Source: Macrostomum lignano
Taxonomy: Eukaryota
NCBI GenBank assembly: GCA_002269645.1
Contig: NIVC01001946.1
Coordinates: 124,001 to 188,000, forward strand
Length of the DNA stretch: 64,000 bases
Reading direction: 5' to 3'
Part shown: one piece after another, positions 60,213 to 64,000 of the stretch
How the letters are laid out: every line of letters starts with the position of its first letter
Position numbering within the stretch: the stretch's first letter is position 1
Program-made: the position numbers and the translations under genes
Notes under the pieces: model-generated
Told to the model about the DNA's origin: nothing
The model's database searches: none
Seen by the model: the letters and a program-made list of their open reading frames with translations, nothing else

Positions 60213-61364
60213 GCGATTCTCTATGGGGAGATGGGAGGGGCGATTCTCTATAGGAGGAGATGGGAGGGGCGATTCTTTATGGGGAGATGGGAGGGGAGAT
60301 TCTCTATGGGGAGATGGGAAGGGAGATTCTCTATGGGGAGATGGGAAGGGAGATTCTCTATGGGGAGATGGGAGGGGCGATTCTCTATGGGGAGATGGGA
60401 GGGGAGATTCTCTATGGTGAGATGGGAGGCGCGATTCTCTATAACGAGATTTAAATGGTCATAAACTATGTCATATCGAAAAGTAGTTTTGTGGGTAATG
60501 CATAAAAATGCTTTTCCAGGGTACAGGGTGCAAATTTAGGACTCAAGCGCAAGTTCAAGAAATACTCACAGAGTTGTAAACAATTTGAACAGATGAACTT
60601 ATCTAAAAGAAACTAGAAAGAAGGTCATAATTTTTATTACACAGAAGACAGATTCTCTTACCTAGTTCATGCAGCACATTGAGCATGCATGCAAGGTACA
60701 CAGCTATAAACATAAATTACAATAAAATAAGCTGGTTATTACATCTTGGGCAGTCATAATCTAACTTGATGACACACAGAATGTAACTATAGCAACTAGG
60801 GAATTTCTATATGGCAAGGATAAAAAAGAATACATTATAATGTAAACAGACCGCAGTACAGAATGTATTACAAGCATGGAGGGTAAAATAAAGGAGGGTA
60901 AGATGGGACAGGGAGGGGAGAGAAATAGGGGAGGGCAGAGGGTAAGATAGGAGAGGGTAAGAGGGGAGGGCAGAGGGTGAGATAAGGGAGGGTAAGAAGG
61001 GAGGGCAGAGGATAAGATAAGGGAGGGTAAGAAGGGAGGGCAGAGGATAAGATAAGGGAGGGTAAGAGGCAGGGCAGAGGGTGAAATCAAAGACATAAAA
61101 AGACAAAATCTACACAACCAATACAAAAAAATTCTCCATGGAAACAAAGAGAAAAATTTAAAGCAAAGGACCTACAGAGATTGCCTCACTGCTAAATTCA
61201 CTGCTCTACTTCACTATTGAATATCGTCAACTTCAATTTCCGGAGGTAAGCTGAGAGTGTTTGCTTTCGCGCCCAAAATCTTGCGGCGGGGAGAAGCTAA
61301 GTAAAGCCTGGGGCCAGGAACCGCCCCCCGACAGCTTATTGCAACTTCATTGATAAACAGTGTG

Positions 61365-62135
61365 ATTGAGCGAGTGACTGAGTGAGTGATTGAGTGAGGT
61401 GATCGTGATTAAGTGAATGATTGAGTGAGGTGATCGTGAGTGATTGAGTGATTGAGTGAAAGAGTGATTGAATGAATTGAGTGAGTGATTGAGTGAGGTG
61501 ATCGTGAGTGAGTGAGTGATTGAGTGAGGTGATCGTGAGTGAGTGATTGAGTGAGGTGATCGTGAGTGAGTGATTGAGTGAGGTGATCGTGAGTGAGTGA
61601 GTGATTGAGTGAGGTGATCGTGAGTGAGTGATTGAGTGAGGTGATCGTGAGTGAGTGAGTGATTGAGTGAGGTGATCGTGAGTGATTGAGTGAGTGAGTG
61701 AGTGAGTGATTGAGTGAGTGAGTGATTGAGTGAGGTGATCGTGAGTGATTGAGTGAGTGAGGTGATCGTGAGTGAGTGAGTGATTGAGTGAGGCGATCGT
61801 GAGTGATTGAGTGAGGTGATCGTGAGTGATTGAGTGAGTGAGGTGATCGTGAGTGAGTGAGTGATTGAGTGAGGCGATCGTGAGTGATTGAGTGGGTGAG
61901 TGAGTGAGTTATTGAGTGAGTGAGTGATTGAGTGAGGTGATCGTGAGTGATTGAGTGAGTGAGGTGATCGTGAGTGAGTGAGTGAGGTGATTGAGTGAGT
62001 GATCGTGATTAAGTGACTGATTGAGTGAGTGAGTGAGTGAAAGAGTAATTGAGTGAGGTGAGTGAGTGAGTGATTGAGCGAGTGATCGTGATTGAGTGAT
62101 TATGTGAGTTACTGAGTAAGTGATTGAGTGCGTGA
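61365..62135. repeat. (GAGT)n-derived array with GAGTGATTGAGTGAGGTGATCGT units
   Basis: Direct inspection. Confidence 0.88.
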
Positions 62136-63550
62136 GCGAACTCAAACTTAGATATTAAAAAAACTGAAATTAATTTCGCATATCTAAGGACTGACGTGAC
62201 ACAAAGGACTTATATGTTTATAACGTGACCCACTGTTGATAAGTGAATGCTGTGGCAGAAGGCGCATTGATGGTACATTAAAGAAGGTTGTGGCAGACAG
62301 CAGACAACCTACTGACTAATCACTAAAATTTTAGGCTTAGCAAAGTTTTCTTACACTTTTTAGCACTAATTTAGTAAAAATCTGTCAATTGTTTGACTCA
62401 AGATGCTCTCGCTCAGTTTGAAAAAGAAATAAAACGATTTTTGAAGACTTAACAAACAAAATTCTTTTTTAAAAATCGTAGCAAAAATCATATTTTATTA
62501 TTGTATAATAAATAGCCATTTAAAAGAACTGTTAAGTGAGTATCCAAAAGTTACAAAAATGGCACAAATAATTTTTAGTGCACTACTGACAAAGTAGAGT
62601 GTGTGTCTATTATATTAAAGGAATTTTTGTTCAATAAAGCATACGATTTGAAAGAGCTTAAAAATGATTAGTGTGGTAATTATTGACATTGATCAAATTT
62701 AAAGAGCTGCTTACAACTAGGAACCTGAATAAGTGGGCAAACAATACAAAAATCACTGTTACTTCCATCATCAGCAATGAAAAGCATTCGATTCTTGAAT
62801 CACGAAAAAATCCCAAATTCAAAGATCCCAAGTCTCAAAGATCCCCAAAATCTTCAAGTTCCCAAAACTCTCAAAGATCCCCAAAATCTCAAACATCCCT
62901 AAAATCTCAAAAATACCCTGAAATCTCAGAGATCCCTGAAATCTCAAAGATCCCCAAAATTTCAAAGATCCCCAAAATATTAGAGATACTAAACTAAACC
63001 CCTCCAGATCTAAAACATCCCATATCCCATAGAACTTTTAACATCCCGTAGTTTATTCAGATTCGCAGTATTTTTCCTAACCAACGCACTAATAATTAAT
63101 CTGCACGTAAAATTAACAAACATCAATTGGCAGTGTAATCAATCTGATTTAAATTATAATAATTCACATTTTTATCGAAACCAACTAAACTAGTTAAGGT
63201 AAAAAACTAATGTCCATAACTCAATCAAGGTAACTACAGGTGATCGAAGTTATCAATTCTTTGAGCTTCAACCAGACGAATCATTGGAACAACAGCAGCC
63301 TGCTCAGCAGATTTATACTTCAACTGAGCATCATCTTTCGCTGGCAGACTATTAGCACTGCTAATACTCAGATTAGCAAAGCACGCTAAGCCGAAGTTCT
63401 CAGAGCCCAAACCGGCGAAACCGGTGCTTGGCGTGCTGCCAGGCAGCGTCTCCGAGTTCGCGACAGTTTGGTTTCCAATCTTTGCCGTGTACTTGCCGCT
63501 CTGCCATTGGTTGGGGCGCGATTGTGGGTTAATTGGGTCTTAGGCTTTAG

Positions 63551-64000
63551 CCCCCCAGCACCCCTGATGCTGCAGCGAGTTGTCACTGCCCCCCAGCACC
63601 CCTGATGCTTCAGTGAGTTGTCACTGCCCCCCAGCACCCCTGATGCTTCAGTGAGTTGTCACTCCCTCAGCTCCCCCCTGATGCTTCAGTGAGTTGTCAC
63701 TCCCTCAGCTCCCCCCTGATGCTTCAGTGAGTTGTCACTCCCTCAGCTCCCCCTGATGCTTCAGTGAGTTGTCACTGCCCCCCCCAGCACCCCTGATGCT
63801 TCAGTGAGTTGTCACTGCCCCCCTGATGCTTCAGTGAGTTGTCACTCCCTCAGCTCCCCCCTGATGCTTCAGTGAGTTGTCACTGCCCCCCCAGCACCCC
63901 TGATGCTTCAGTGAGTTGTCACTCCCTCAGCTCCCCCTGATGCTTCAGTGAGTTGTCACTGCCCCCCCCAGCACCCCTGATGCTTCAGTGAGTTGTCACT
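63551..64000. repeat. 36-39-bp minisatellite CAGCACCCCTGATGCTTCAGTGAGTTGTCACTGCCCCC, cut by the window end
   Basis: Period 38 at 63556/63594. Confidence 0.9.

Noticed and set aside
576-64000. Regularly spaced repeats as CRISPR arrays
   Set aside because: Units are head-to-tail without unique spacers, there are no cas genes, and the context is eukaryotic and intron-containing.

Overview
Eukaryotic (animal) genomic DNA with GT-AG introns, almost all filled by their own minisatellite. This resembles the free-living flatworm Macrostomum, but the organism is my inference and is not verified. Host genes: (1) the 3' seven exons of cytosolic valyl-tRNA synthetase (+, 85-8601), whose last exon adds an unexpected C-terminal GST-like domain; (2) a four-exon LHPP HAD phosphatase (-, 10000-29418); (3) a six-exon ETS1/ETS2-type transcription factor (+, 15369-26382) nested antisense in the 16.5-kb second intron of LHPP; (4) an intronless rhodopsin-class GPCR (+, 30019-37067) split by a full-length LOA-type non-LTR retrotransposon (-, 30569-36378, 12-bp TSD). 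The most unusual object is a young Penelope-like retroelement (-, 37597-44033) inserted in a (GA)n microsatellite. It has a partial-tandem pseudo-LTR with two minimal hammerhead ribozymes and an extra upstream ORF1 carrying an AlkB (ALKBH2/3-type) dioxygenase domain with all catalytic residues. ORF1 ends U_UUA_AAC-UAG, placed so that a -1 ribosomal frameshift would enter the AUG-less RT/GIY-YIG frame. From 44 to 64 kb the window is mostly tandem repeats, including a 6.7-kb 21-bp satellite with a 2068-bp higher-order duplication, and I could not build a supported gene there. All coordinates and family assignments were made by eye; no database search was run.
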